Shown in pieces: positions 1-9,334 of a DNA stretch of 64,000 nucleotides (positions are counted from its first letter, which is position 1; each line of letters begins with the position of its first letter). A model generated the notes under the pieces. It had not been told where the DNA came from and made no database searches. It worked only from the letters and a program-made list of their open reading frames with translations. Both the position numbers and the translations under genes were made by a program. Source of the stretch: a plasmid; the sequence record NZ_OX291475.1; one strand, written 5' to 3'.

Positions 1-213
1 TCGCGTGCTGGATAGCATCCCAGTTGATCCCAACATTGGCATCATGGTTGTCATGAACGATTTCCATCGCCGCCTCAATTTCGCAGGCAGTCAGCGCACC
101 GTCTAACTCAAGAAAATCATCATCCAGCCAAAAACTGCCCACACACAAAGCGTCTTCGGGATAGCGTTTTAAACGGGTAATCAGCCCTGCAATCGTCATT
201 CGTTCAAACATTG
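1..213 (-). CDS. hypothetical protein, 5' part only (gene continues beyond window start)
   Basis: Reverse-complement of 1-213 translates from ATG at 213 as MFERMTIAGLITRLKRYPEDALCVGSFWLDDDFLELDGALTACEIEAAMEIVHDNHDANVG... with no stop before window edge; same orientation as downstream leading-region genes. Confidence 0.35.
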
Positions 214-264
214 TGGTATTTCCTTTTGTGCCTAAAAGCGCCCCAAAGGGGCGAAACCGCCGTA

Positions 265-669
265 TTACCCGCCGTAATTCGGGACGTTACCTAATACATA
301 TTCCGGGCCAACAACCTCGGCGTAACCGTATTCATCACGCTCTTCTGACCATTCCAGATCGTCACTGGCACTGTCGATATATTCACCACACGCATAGACG
401 TGATAACCGCAGAACCCCTCGCCTGCCTCACTGAACGTATGAATGACGTGACAGGAAAACTGTTTACTCAGCGCCCGGATATCGGCACATTCCGGAGGCG
501 CCCAACGAGTATCAAAATCAATCTGCACAGTCCCTTCAAAGGCTGTCACATCAACATCGGCCTCGTTGAAAAAACTCACTTCTCCTTCGTCCCGGGCAAA
601 ATCGGTCACGGCGGTCAGTTGATCTGGGTTTCCAGTCACGATAATTCGGTTTGCACACCAGTTAGGCAT
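265..669 (-). CDS. hypothetical plasmid leading-region protein (N-terminus MPNWCANRIIVTGNPDQ; possibly DUF1281-like)
   Basis: ORF 265-774(-); internal Met giving MPNWC start chosen at 669; acidic C-terminal tail; assignment to a family is from memory only. Confidence 0.45.
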   Translation of the reverse strand: MPNWCANRIIVTGNPDQLTAVTDFARDEGEVSFFNEADVDVTAFEGTVQIDFDTRWAPPECADIRALSKQFSCHVIHTFSEAGEGFCGYHVYACGEYIDSASDDLEWSEERDEYGYAEVVGPEYVLGNVPNYGG

Positions 670-774
670 CATTCTTCTCCAGTCAGGTTGTCGGATATCG
701 GCTTGCGCCGTAGCCAAAACACAGACGTGCGCAAAGCGGAGAATGCAGGGGCCGTACCGCAGGCCGCAGCGCAA

Positions 775-1090
775 ATGACTGACCGCAGGGAGGGAGTGCG
801 AACGGGAGAGGATACGGGCAACGCGAACCCTTGCAGGCGTAGCGGCACGGCTACGTTCGGGCTACGGCGTAAGCCCAGGCGACGCCATACCCTTTTGATC
901 CCCGCCTGCAGGGCGGAAAAAGGGGAGAAAGCACGAAGGTTAATATCAGGGGATCGGTCGCGGCCGGTTCGAGGCCGGCAGTGACCGTTTGGGAGGAAAA
1001 AGGAAAATGACAATGCAGACGGGAGTGCGATGTTTCGGGGCCCCGGCTCTGCCGGGGATCCTTTTCGTGGCCAGCCCTGGCCACCATAAA
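775..1090. repeat. GC-rich structured repeat, copy 1 (shared core GAGTGCGAACGGGAGAGGATACGGGCAACGCGAACCC); candidate single-strand promoter/leading-region element
   Basis: Core motif GAGTGCGAACGGG(A/T)GA plus flanking CGCAA..GAACCCTTG recurs at 4345-4715 and 5540-5695, each immediately upstream (5') of a minus-strand gene. Confidence 0.4.
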
Positions 1091-1097
1091 CCCTGTG

Positions 1098-1655
1098 CTA
1101 GTTCACGTCGATATTGACCAGTTGTTCCAGCACCTGCAGCAGCCTGGCACACGGATAACTTGACCAGACCGGCAACAACGTGGCCAGCGTAACAGCCTGG
1201 GCGGCCAGCATCAGCCGACGTGGCAAAAGCCCCTGCTCATAGTGCTTGACGGTCCGCAGCGAAACCCCCAGATAATCCGCGGTCTGTTTTTGCGTCCAAC
1301 CCAGCGAGCCCCGCCAGGCCTTCATACCTGCAGAAGGCATAACAAGCGATATCACGCCCCTGGACTGGGGTGTTGTCTGGTCATGGCGCGTTAGTGCCTG
1401 CAGTTGCAAAACAATTTGCGGTTGGTCCATCCGGAGCAAATCGGGGAGCAGGCGGATCAACATCAGTGTCTGGATCCCCAGACGAGCCGATCGGGACACG
1501 CCGCTATTTTCATAGGTTCGGTAAGTCCGTTCTGACACCCCCAGAGCCTGGGCAGCATCCTCTTGCCGCCAATGGCTACCAGGACGTAGCGAACGCGCCT
1601 CAGACAGCGTAAAGTATTGACCGGCACGCCATAATCTCAATTCAAAAACATCCAT
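1098..1655 (-). CDS. transcriptional regulator with two tandem XRE-type helix-turn-helix domains
   Basis: 185 aa ORF; two HTH-like segments (..QEDAAQALGVSERTYRTYENSG.. and ..WTQKQTADYLGVSLRTVKHYEQG..). Confidence 0.55.
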   Translation of the reverse strand: MDVFELRLWRAGQYFTLSEARSLRPGSHWRQEDAAQALGVSERTYRTYENSGVSRSARLGIQTLMLIRLLPDLLRMDQPQIVLQLQALTRHDQTTPQSRGVISLVMPSAGMKAWRGSLGWTQKQTADYLGVSLRTVKHYEQGLLPRRLMLAAQAVTLATLLPVWSSYPCARLLQVLEQLVNIDVN

Positions 1656-1738
1656 GCATTGCCATCCCTTCTAAAAAACAGGCAATTTATGCACCCTGAA
1701 ACGCAATAACAAACACAGTAACCGGCAATAATTGCCCC

Positions 1739-2143
1739 TTAGAGCAATTTACCCAGTTTCTTACGCGCTTCACCAAGGGGAGCCAATTCGCTCGGCTGCT
1801 GAACAGGTTCGACCGGAACCACCGATCGACAATCATCACCGGACAACGCCGTAATCACGTCGCGGATCGCCGCCATTTCGGGTTTCCAGCCGGTTGTCTG
1901 GCCGACCAGGTTGACCAGCTGCTCGCTGGTCAACTGCCCGTTATACATCGTGGCCAACAACACCGGTAACCGTGGATCGAGCTGATGTAATGCCGCCGTT
2001 GTGATGATGGCATTACGCAGGAAATCCCCGCGTACTCGCTGCGAAATAGATTCAACCACATCCAGGGCATGGCGGTCAGCTTCGCAGTCCAGCTGCAAAT
2101 AGCTGGTAAATTTACGGCGGGTCTCACTGCTGTTATCGCTCAC
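1739..2143 (-). CDS. parR: ParR/StbB-like partition adaptor (downstream partner of ParM)
   Basis: 134 aa ORF immediately downstream of the actin-like ATPase gene with 2-nt spacing, same strand; typical parMR operon architecture. Confidence 0.5.
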   Translation of the reverse strand: MSDNSSETRRKFTSYLQLDCEADRHALDVVESISQRVRGDFLRNAIITTAALHQLDPRLPVLLATMYNGQLTSEQLVNLVGQTTGWKPEMAAIRDVITALSGDDCRSVVPVEPVQQPSELAPLGEARKKLGKLL

Positions 2144-2145
2144 GG

Positions 2146-3120
2146 TTATCCCTCTTGTTTATACAATGCCATTTCACTCGCCAGCGCCATTTGTGGGCTT
2201 TCGACCAACGTTATACGCTCTGCCGGCAGTTTCCAGGCTTTTCTTACCGCAGATTCTATCAGCGGAGCGCCCCCACCGACCAGCCAAACCCGGTTAACGT
2301 GGCGGAATCGCGCCAGTTCGTTCACCACACGATCGCCAAGTCGGGTGATGCCGTGCTCTATCGCTGCGATAACGTCATCAACCCGGGACGCATCATTAAC
2401 CAGCTGCGACAAAAAGGCGCGATCATGGCGGCGCTGGATCACCGTATCAGCAACATAGGCGCTCGTATCGCTGTCCGCCATACGCAGCGCCGTCAACGTG
2501 GCCTGCGTCACCATCGAAACACCAATCGTTGGATTGCCGTGGATTGCCGTCACATCGTCGAACTGCCCGACAATGACTCCGGCATCGAGCGTCGTGCCGC
2601 CCAAATCGATAACCAGGGACGTTTCCAGCGGCCCGACATTCTCCCGCACCAGGGGAGAAAACACTGCAGGCAGGGATTCAGGCATCACTTCAACAGCCTC
2701 CACGGTAAAGGCCTCCCCCTTGTTCAACGTCACAGGTCGAAGCAGGTTGTCGATTTTTCGCTGAATATTAACCGTGTTTTTCTGACAGTCTTCGGTATAA
2801 AACTCACTGATCGGCAATGTGACGGTCAGCTTAACCGCTTGCGGCTCCACACCACTGTTTAGCAAGGCATGATGCACAGCCAGGAGGTTGGTATCACCGT
2901 ACTGATACTCAATGTTGGTCGTGCTGATCGCCTGTTGGCTGACATCGTCAAAGGTGTACTTCACGCCATCAACGAGATAGTTGAACGTGCGACGGCTGCC
3001 GATACCATCGATTTTCCATCCCTGACGGAAAGAATTGGGTGACAAGGTCGTGCGTAAATCCCCCTCCACATACCAGGCCAGTTTCACATTGGTAGAACCA
3101 TCATCACAGCAAATATGCAT
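2146..3120 (-). CDS. parM: ParM/StbA actin-like plasmid segregation ATPase (type II partition)
   Basis: 324 aa; N-terminal MHICCDDGSTNVK (StbA/ParM-like start), actin-fold phosphate motifs (VIDLGGTTLD, VWLVGGGA). Confidence 0.8.
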   Translation of the reverse strand: MHICCDDGSTNVKLAWYVEGDLRTTLSPNSFRQGWKIDGIGSRRTFNYLVDGVKYTFDDVSQQAISTTNIEYQYGDTNLLAVHHALLNSGVEPQAVKLTVTLPISEFYTEDCQKNTVNIQRKIDNLLRPVTLNKGEAFTVEAVEVMPESLPAVFSPLVRENVGPLETSLVIDLGGTTLDAGVIVGQFDDVTAIHGNPTIGVSMVTQATLTALRMADSDTSAYVADTVIQRRHDRAFLSQLVNDASRVDDVIAAIEHGITRLGDRVVNELARFRHVNRVWLVGGGAPLIESAVRKAWKLPAERITLVESPQMALASEMALYKQEG

Positions 3121-3124
3121 TTCA

Positions 3125-3320
3125 CACCCCTTTAGTTACTCAATTTGAGTATCATTATAAGAAAAACATAACCCACATCAAGATAAAGTTACTCATATTG
3201 AGTAAATAAAAGAACTCAATATGAGTTTTTATGTATTCACCCGCATCGTTACGCATCAAACTGAGTTACTTTATGATTGAAGAGCCCCCTACTGGCTCCA
3301 TTGATACTCAGCATGAGTAT
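3125..3320. promoter_or_regulatory. parC-like centromere/promoter region: array of palindromic ACTCAATnTGAGT-type repeats upstream of parM
   Basis: TTACTCAATTTGAGTA, TTACTCATATTGAGTAA, AACTCAATATGAGTT, TGATACTCAGCATGAGTATCA all within 200 bp directly 5' of parM. Confidence 0.55.
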
Positions 3321-3375
3321 CAATGGAGCTTTGTCGCGCCGCGGTACTTTCATGAACGCGAACCAGGCGACACTT

Positions 3376-3747
3376 TTAACCCACCGACGTCATACAGAAC
3401 TCGGTTTGTGTAATGAGAAATTCGAGATGACCTTGTTTCTCGAGCAGGTGGTCAAAGGTCGGATCGTCCGACGGGAGGCGCTCCATAAAGTCGTCCCCAC
3501 CACATAACCGGCAGGCGTCCTCAAACACGTCACCACTGTCACGGATCGTCGGATCCAACCCTTCCGCATAGGCCAGTAACCGCTTTCCTTTGGTACGCGC
3601 TGCCGCCATCAAATACACCCCTTCATCTTTGACCAGCAGCACATCACACCCCTGTTGGCGTGCATGTGTGATCACCTCAAATGTCTTTTTACCTTTGAAA
3701 CAAATCTTGTTATTCATAGTGATATCCAATTTTTTAGCAGACGACAT
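3376..3747 (-). CDS. hypothetical protein (leading-region, unknown function)
   Basis: 123 aa ORF, minus strand, co-oriented with neighbours. Confidence 0.4.
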   Translation of the reverse strand: MSSAKKLDITMNNKICFKGKKTFEVITHARQQGCDVLLVKDEGVYLMAAARTKGKRLLAYAEGLDPTIRDSGDVFEDACRLCGGDDFMERLPSDDPTFDHLLEKQGHLEFLITQTEFCMTSVG

Positions 3748-3762
3748 TCATCGCCCTGATGA

Positions 3763-4258
3763 TTATTTGTAGACTTCGGCGATGACGGTCGTCAGTGCAT
3801 TCGGGTTCGACAACGGCTCCAGACGGGCACTCAGCAGGACCAGTTCTGTCGCCAGTAATCGGGCCGAAACGCTGAAATGTTGATCATGCTGCTTGCGACT
3901 ATTGATGTAGGTCAGAAGTGCGAATGCAGCATCCGGGTGACTTGCCTCCATCGCGGTAAACCCGGTGGTTTCCGCGTCAAAGTGCCCCATCGCTGTCAGT
4001 AATACTGCCTGTCGCCATAACGGAAAATCGTCATAGACACCGGCGGTGTGCAGGTGTTGCCCAAGGTGGTAGAGATCGGCCATCAAATCGGTGAAAACCG
4101 TGGTGACATCGCGATCATCGCCCGGGCATCGTTCCAGAAACGCCAATACGGCTTCCGCCGCCCCGGAGACGCGGACCAAAGCGGCCTCATCCTGCAGCGC
4201 ACTGTTCGTCTGGTTGCTGGCCAGTTCAGCCAGAACCTCTTTCAATGATTTCGTCATA
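3763..4258 (-). CDS. hypothetical protein (leading-region, unknown function)
   Basis: ORF 3763-4410(-); start placed at internal Met (MTKSLKEVLAEL..) because upstream part overlaps the GC-rich repeat. Confidence 0.4.
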
Positions 4259-4344
4259 AACCCTCCCGTTTCGACTTCTTTCTGGTGTATACCCCTTTTG
4301 GCTTTTTGCCGGCGCGGGGTGACTGGCGCCGTGACAACTTGACC

Positions 4345-4715
4345 GGGACGGGGTATCAGCTGACGATGCAAGGGCGGGACCGCAAGCCGCACGCGCAAGC
4401 GAACGACCAACGGGAGAGAGTGCGAACGGGTGAGGATGCCGGCGAAGCGAACCCTTGTAACGGCAGCGCCCCGGCCCAGGGTCAGTCACGGGGACGGACG
4501 CCTTGCGCGTAGCCAGGGCTAAGGGGATACACCAGAAAGGGCCAGGCTTTTGCCTGGCGGCATCAGCGAACGACCGCACAAGCGGTCGGGCAGTGAAAGC
4601 GGCGCCGGCGATTAGCCGGCTGCAAGCGTTGGGTGCATTGGTTCCTGCCGGCTCAACGCCGGTTGGAACCAACAGGGCAGCAAAAACAGACAGAAAAGGG
4701 GCCATGCCCCCTTCC
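4345..4715. repeat. GC-rich structured repeat, copy 2 (core GAGTGCGAACGGGTGAGGATGCCGGCGAAGCGAACCC)
   Basis: Shares core and flanks with 775-1090 and 5540-5695; lies directly upstream of the 3763-4258 gene. Confidence 0.4.
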
Positions 4716-4717
4716 CC

Positions 4718-5488
4718 TTAAACAGCGTGGAATAACGTCTTGAATTTCGTGACCATATCAACCATACGAAGTCTTTCGCTCCAGTCGTTGGCGTAATAAA
4801 TCGGGGTATGCCTGACCCGGGACATTTTCATCGTCAATGTATTTCCGGTATAGACCGAGGCCGGTAATCCCAATAGCGCAAGCTGGATAAAACACATATC
4901 CGCAGCCAAGGGATCGATATCTGTACAACGGATGTAGAGCACTTGTTGCGGGTTATACCCTTTAGAGAGCAGGTGTTCAGCAACGGCGATCACCATGCCG
5001 CCCGAACCACTGGCAGGTTCATCCAACGTGATAAACGGGCGATGCTCCAGCTCTTTAACATGGTCGCCAAGTGTCAGGGCGGCAATGAGTCGTGATACTT
5101 CACATGGCGTGAAAAATTGCCCCATCGATGACGAGCCAAATTCAAGCTCCATAAATATCCCGCCCAACAGGTCATCCATTCCCCCTTCCATCGCGCCGAT
5201 TAAGAAACAAAAAAGTTGCTGCATCCTCTGCAGATCAACAGCCTCGTATCGCTTACAAATCTGAACAGCTTCTTCCCTGCCCTCCTCTGACCGTACTCGC
5301 GCCAAATCGAGTTCGTTAGCCGCCAGGCGAATGAAGTCGCGGAAAACATCGAGACGACGGTGATAGGTCGCGATAACAGAGAACGTTTTGATGAATTGCT
5401 TCCTGGCTTCGCGTGGCGTCATATGCGGCGCACATTGAGCCGGGGTTTCAGGGGCTAACAGTGCATCGAAGGAAAGTTGGTTGCTCAT
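4718..5488 (-). CDS. orphan N6-adenine/N4-cytosine-type DNA methyltransferase (no adjacent restriction gene)
   Basis: 256 aa; SAM-binding motif I LDEPASGSGG and catalytic FFTP motif (amino-MTase motif IV-like); no nuclease partner in neighbourhood. Confidence 0.7.
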   Translation of the reverse strand: MSNQLSFDALLAPETPAQCAPHMTPREARKQFIKTFSVIATYHRRLDVFRDFIRLAANELDLARVRSEEGREEAVQICKRYEAVDLQRMQQLFCFLIGAMEGGMDDLLGGIFMELEFGSSSMGQFFTPCEVSRLIAALTLGDHVKELEHRPFITLDEPASGSGGMVIAVAEHLLSKGYNPQQVLYIRCTDIDPLAADMCFIQLALLGLPASVYTGNTLTMKMSRVRHTPIYYANDWSERLRMVDMVTKFKTLFHAV

Positions 5489-5539
5489 GGTGTGTCTCCC
5501 TTGGGAGGCAAGAACTCATTTTCTCGCCATGGCGCAAAA

Positions 5540-5695
5540 AAAAGACTCGCCAGTCAGGGATGTGGCAGGTACGACGGCCGAAGCCGCATGCGCAAACGAG
5601 TGGAACAACGTGAAAGGAGTGCGAACGGGTGACGCCGACGGCGCCAGCGAATACTTGCCACAGACCAGCGCGAGGCTAGGTTAAGCGCGGCGAAA
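5540..5695. repeat. GC-rich structured repeat, copy 3 (core GAGTGCGAACGGGTGACGCCGACGG)
   Basis: Third copy of the motif family, directly upstream of the methyltransferase gene. Confidence 0.4.
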
Positions 5696-5724
5696 CATGA
5701 GATCTCGCGCACCATCAGACAACA

Positions 5725-5845
5725 ATCAAAGTAATATCATTTTAATATCATTACAGTCTCATAAAACAGGCTTGACACACAAACCCAAAAGACTATTATT
5801 TAAACCTCATTTCACTATCAAAGTAATATTAAAAAAAGGTAGAAA
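5725..5845. repeat. partition-site-like cluster of TAATAT(T/C)A palindromic repeats upstream of parA
   Basis: CAAAGTAATATCATTTTAATATCATTACAG (5732-5750) and CAAAGTAATATTAAAA (5824-5831); same motif recurs at 6522, 6839 and 7424. Confidence 0.5.
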
Positions 5846-5849
5846 CGAT

Positions 5850-6494
5850 ATGATTATAACAGTAGGTAACACCAAGGGCGGGGTAGGCAAAACCACTTTG
5901 GCAGTAAACATCGCTGCAGCACGAGCACAACAGGGTCGAGATGTATTATTGATAGATGGGGATCGACAAGGCACGGCTCAAATCGCTGTTGGTATAAGGG
6001 CAAATGATGATTCTCTGCCAGGCATCGCCTGTGTGTCTTATCCCGAAGGACCGATCCTTCGTACTCAAGTGCTCCAGCAAAAGATGAAATATGATGACAT
6101 CATCATTGACGCAGGCGGCAGAGACTCCACAGCGTTACGTGCTGCTTTAGTGCTATCCGATGCACTGTTGGTTCCATACCGCCCTGGAAGCTTCGATGTT
6201 TGGGCTCTTGAAGACATATCTGCACTTATCAAGGAAGCGCGGAGTGTGAGAGATGGGTTGAACGTTTTCGCTATTATCAACGCTGCTGACTCCAATCCAC
6301 ACTCGATTGATAATCGAGAGGCTGCAGAAGTGATTGCAGACTTCCCAGAACTGACACTAATCCCCAAACATATTGTGGCGCGTAAAGCGTGGTCGAATGG
6401 GGCAGCATCAGGGAAATGTACGCTTGAAATGAAACCAAGAGATCCCAAAGCTGACGCTGATCTGGAAAGATTAATTTCAATCTTATTTTCATAG
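5850..6494 (+). CDS. parA: ParA/ParF-type Walker-A partition ATPase (type Ib)
   Basis: Start at [20 protein letters not shown] (deviant Walker A); 214 aa; followed by small RHH protein. Confidence 0.8.
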   Translation: MIITVGNTKGGVGKTTLAVNIAAARAQQGRDVLLIDGDRQGTAQIAVGIRANDDSLPGIACVSYPEGPILRTQVLQQKMKYDDIIIDAGGRDSTALRAALVLSDALLVPYRPGSFDVWALEDISALIKEARSVRDGLNVFAIINAADSNPHSIDNREAAEVIADFPELTLIPKHIVARKAWSNGAASGKCTLEMKPRDPKADADLERLISILFS

Positions 6495-6509
6495 TCATTT
6501 AACACTATT

Positions 6510-6535
6510 TGAATATCAAAGTAATATTAATAAAC
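6510..6535. repeat. TAATATTA palindrome repeat between parA and parG-like gene
   Basis: TATCAAAGTAATATTAATAAAC at 6514-6535. Confidence 0.4.
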
Positions 6536-6552
6536 GATTAAAGAGGTAATAA

Positions 6553-6825
6553 ATGGCTATTGTAAGACCCACGAAAAAACACACTACCCCTGCTGAAGAC
6601 AGCGCAGCAGAAGCCTTTATAAATTCGGCTCCAGATGGCGCGGCAACGCGAAGAAAGGGCGTAGTAAAGGGCAAACGCCAACAGATCACGTTAACGATAG
6701 ATCCTGAGATTTTGGACCGGCTCGATGTAAAAGCCGCTGAAGATGGCGTGTCTCGGGCTGCGCTCATCAACATCGCAATTCGCCAGCTATTGAACCGAGG
6801 AGCCACAGTTGGAGGCGGGAGTTAA
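6553..6825 (+). CDS. ParG-like ribbon-helix-helix centromere-binding protein
   Basis: 90 aa; C-terminal RHH-like segment (KRQQITLTIDPEILDRLDVKAAEDGVSRAALINIAIRQLL); sits immediately after parA. Confidence 0.6.
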   Translation: MAIVRPTKKHTTPAEDSAAEAFINSAPDGAATRRKGVVKGKRQQITLTIDPEILDRLDVKAAEDGVSRAALINIAIRQLLNRGATVGGGS

Positions 6826-6908
6826 TTAACTATCATTTTAATATTAAAACACTATGAAAACAGGGTTGTTTGAATTGCATTTTGGATGGTAATTGAGAGG
6901 AATAACCA

Positions 6909-7337
6909 ATGATACAAGAAGTTATGGAAAAAATCATTGCCCTGGCCGATTACCAAAATATGATTAGCCCTGGGAGCCACCCAGCAAAGGGGCAATTCGT
7001 TGTCACCGGCACAACCCGCGGCGATAACGCAATACGTTTGGGTTATTGCATTCAGGTTCGAAAAGGCCGCGGTCAATTCGGCTCTGACATGGTTTTTCTG
7101 CGCCATCCGGACGGGACAATAAACACACATGAGAATCAGTTCTATCTCAGCATGACAGACGTACAAATTCAGCTTGCTCGTTCGGTCTTCAGCATCATGC
7201 CAGAAGACGAAGATGACTCACGGGGCTATTGCTGCTGCGGAAAAATCCGCGAATTCGGGTTCGTTGTCGAAAACTCAGGGACAGTTCCAACACCAGACCA
7301 CCCGTTTATGATAACGGTCTCTAGTGAAAAAGCTTAA
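6909..7337 (+). CDS. hypothetical protein
   Basis: 142 aa ORF with plausible RBS (GAGAGGAATAACCAATG). Confidence 0.4.
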   Translation: MIQEVMEKIIALADYQNMISPGSHPAKGQFVVTGTTRGDNAIRLGYCIQVRKGRGQFGSDMVFLRHPDGTINTHENQFYLSMTDVQIQLARSVFSIMPEDEDDSRGYCCCGKIREFGFVVENSGTVPTPDHPFMITVSSEKA

Positions 7338-7409
7338 CAGAATAGTTGAGCATATCAATACACTCATCGCCAATCAAAACAGGATTACTACAACATTAAT
7401 AAGATACAT

Positions 7410-7445
7410 TTTTGATATCATTTTAATATTAAAGTGATATCAAAA
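7410..7445. repeat. TGATATCA-TTTTAATATTAAAG-TGATATCA composite palindrome (same TAATATTA core as partition repeats)
   Basis: 7414-7442; both halves and the centre are palindromic. Confidence 0.45.
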
Positions 7446-7452
7446 ACACAAT

Positions 7453-7701
7453 TCAGCTTTGAACGTGAAGCAATAAAACTTTCTCCGCAAATCCCTCGTC
7501 CAGTACATAGAAATAACATTCCGGCACGTTGAGTACACGTGCCAGCGCGCACATCGTCGTAAAGGAAGGGGTGTAGGTACCACTCTCGTACTGGGAGATC
7601 CGCGAACGGGCGGTGGCTTCATCAATACCCGCCAGGACACCCAGTTTTTCCTGCGTATAACCAGCCCGGAGGCGGGCGCTTTTCAGTCGTTGGGGAACCA
7701 T
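7453..7701 (-). CDS. XRE-family helix-turn-helix transcriptional regulator
   Basis: 82 aa; LKSARLRAGYTQEKLGVLAGIDEATARSRISQYESG classic HTH_XRE. Confidence 0.65.
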   Translation of the reverse strand: MVPQRLKSARLRAGYTQEKLGVLAGIDEATARSRISQYESGTYTPSFTTMCALARVLNVPECYFYVLDEGFAEKVLLLHVQS

Positions 7702-7769
7702 GGTCTGCCGTCATAGAAAGGATTGACGACATGTTTAGCATCACTTAACATCAGACTTGTTTAGAGTTA

Positions 7770-8190
7770 CTAAACATCAGAGACACCAACCATGCAGTAC
7801 GCCAGGAAACACCAGGGAAACAAAAGGCCGGTCACTTGACCGGCCTGCCTTTTATTGGCATTCCACACACCAGTCATTCTCTGAGGATCTTTCAGTATCT
7901 CTACCGCGTCCACTCCAGGCATCGAGAACTGGTCGGGGATATAGTGGAGCAGGACGATCTCTTCCACGAACAGCAGTCCGGGTGACCCCATTTTCGAGTG
8001 CAATCCGGCGCAGCGCCAAGGCTACTGGGTAATCGATATTCACCAGAATCGACGACGGCGCGTTATAGTAGGCCACCGCATGCAGGAACTTGCCAGGAAT
8101 GATAGGAAAGATCACTGATGCTCCTTGAGAAGTACCACGCGAAACTGGTGCCGTAACGCCCCACGGTACGACACCAGTTTTACGCAGCAC
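7770..8190 (-). pseudogene. degenerate, frameshifted remnant of a tyrosine recombinase gene (N-terminal region only)
   Basis: Two overlapping minus-strand ORF pieces (7852-8190 and 7770-8003) give SILVNIDYPVALALRRIALENG and LLFVEEIVLLHYIPDQF, matching LPVSIDYPAALALRQMALVQDELP and LLAPEVSALFHYVPDLH of the intact recombinase at 10246-11022. Confidence 0.5.
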
Positions 8191-8492
8191 AAACTTTTAT
8201 GAATTGTACCAATCCCACAGGAAGATTGCCCCAACGGCCGCATACGTCAGCGCTAACCTCCGACGTGCATGGGTTTGGAAAAATCAGTCGGAAGTGAAAA
8301 GTGTCGTAAAAATGAATAAAAACCACTGTTCATGAACTAATTTTCATTTTCAAAATACCATTTTTTAACAACTCAATATATTGAATAATAATGATATTTT
8401 ATGTAAATTTTATCATTTATAAAGTCACCTGTATCTAGATAAGACGGTTTTTGCTAAGTACAATTCAAAAACGTTATCGAACAGGAGGATTT

Positions 8493-8633
8493 ATGAACAC
8501 TCTCTACTTAGTAATTTATCTTTTCATCGAACTTTCAAAAGTTGCGGACAAGCTTATTCCTCTATTTACCAGCGCATCTTTGTTAGTTGCGTTAGTGACT
8601 GTGCTGACCCTTTTGTTCAAAGGAAAAGCGTAA
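8493..8633 (+). CDS. small hydrophobic (single-TM) protein
   Basis: MNTLYLVIYLFIELSKVADKLIPLFTSASLLVALVTVLTLLFKGKA; GGAGG RBS 6 nt upstream; stop overlaps next ATG. Confidence 0.4.
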   Translation: MNTLYLVIYLFIELSKVADKLIPLFTSASLLVALVTVLTLLFKGKA

Positions 8634-9334
8634 TGGCGAAAAAACTCTGGATAAAAATGCCCACAAACTGGATTCATAAGGATGGCTTGCGAGAATTTAG
8701 TTGGTCAGTCCGTTCTGTAAAAGTGAGCAATGCACATAAAATCGCGGCGCTGCAATTGTATGTAGCGATAGCTATGACATGTGAGGATATGGAGATAACT
8801 AACCAAGAGGGGACGTCGCTAACCTGTTTCGCGTCATCACTAACTTACAACAGGCTGCAAGTTATGACAGGACTGAGTAGAGCGTCAGTTGCTGGCGGTC
8901 TGTCACTTCTTGAAAACAACGAAATCATTAAGGTTTTCAGAGAGGGGAGGAAAAATTACTACAGCCCGGCTGACTATAACGGCGTCAGTGGGTGGTGTAA
9001 GGTTCCGTATCGCAGACTACTGAATGACCAGGGTAATGTGACAGCTTTTCACGCATTTAAGTTACGAAGGAAAGCCGAACTGCATGCCCTGAAACTGTAT
9101 CTGTACCTATGCTATGCACGTCCTAACACGTCTCACTTTACGATGGCCTCCTATGAAGCCATCAATAAGGCGACAGGTATTCCTGAAAAATGTATCCCAT
9201 CGGCATATACCGTTCTGGTTGGTACGGGACTACTTTCACACATAGATAAAAGTGCCGAGGAAGGTGCCACAAACAAAAGAATGGCAAACTCCTACTACAT
9301 TACCGGCTATAGGGATCTGCTCCAAAATTTTTAA
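8633..9334 (+). CDS. hypothetical protein with two tandem winged-helix-like repeats (DNA-binding; replication-initiator-like architecture)
   Basis: 233 aa; two similar segments (..TYNRLQVMTGLSRASVAGGLSLLENNEIIKV.. and ..SYEAINKATGIPEKCIPSAYTVLVGTGLLSHID..); AT-rich gene. Confidence 0.4.
   Translation: MAKKLWIKMPTNWIHKDGLREFSWSVRSVKVSNAHKIAALQLYVAIAMTCEDMEITNQEGTSLTCFASSLTYNRLQVMTGLSRASVAGGLSLLENNEIIKVFREGRKNYYSPADYNGVSGWCKVPYRRLLNDQGNVTAFHAFKLRRKAELHALKLYLYLCYARPNTSHFTMASYEAINKATGIPEKCIPSAYTVLVGTGLLSHIDKSAEEGATNKRMANSYYITGYRDLLQNF

Noticed and set aside
2155-2862. 235-aa plus-strand ORF overlapping parM
   Set aside because: It is antisense to the ParM gene with an Arg-rich, low-complexity translation. 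ParM on the other strand has clear actin-fold motifs.
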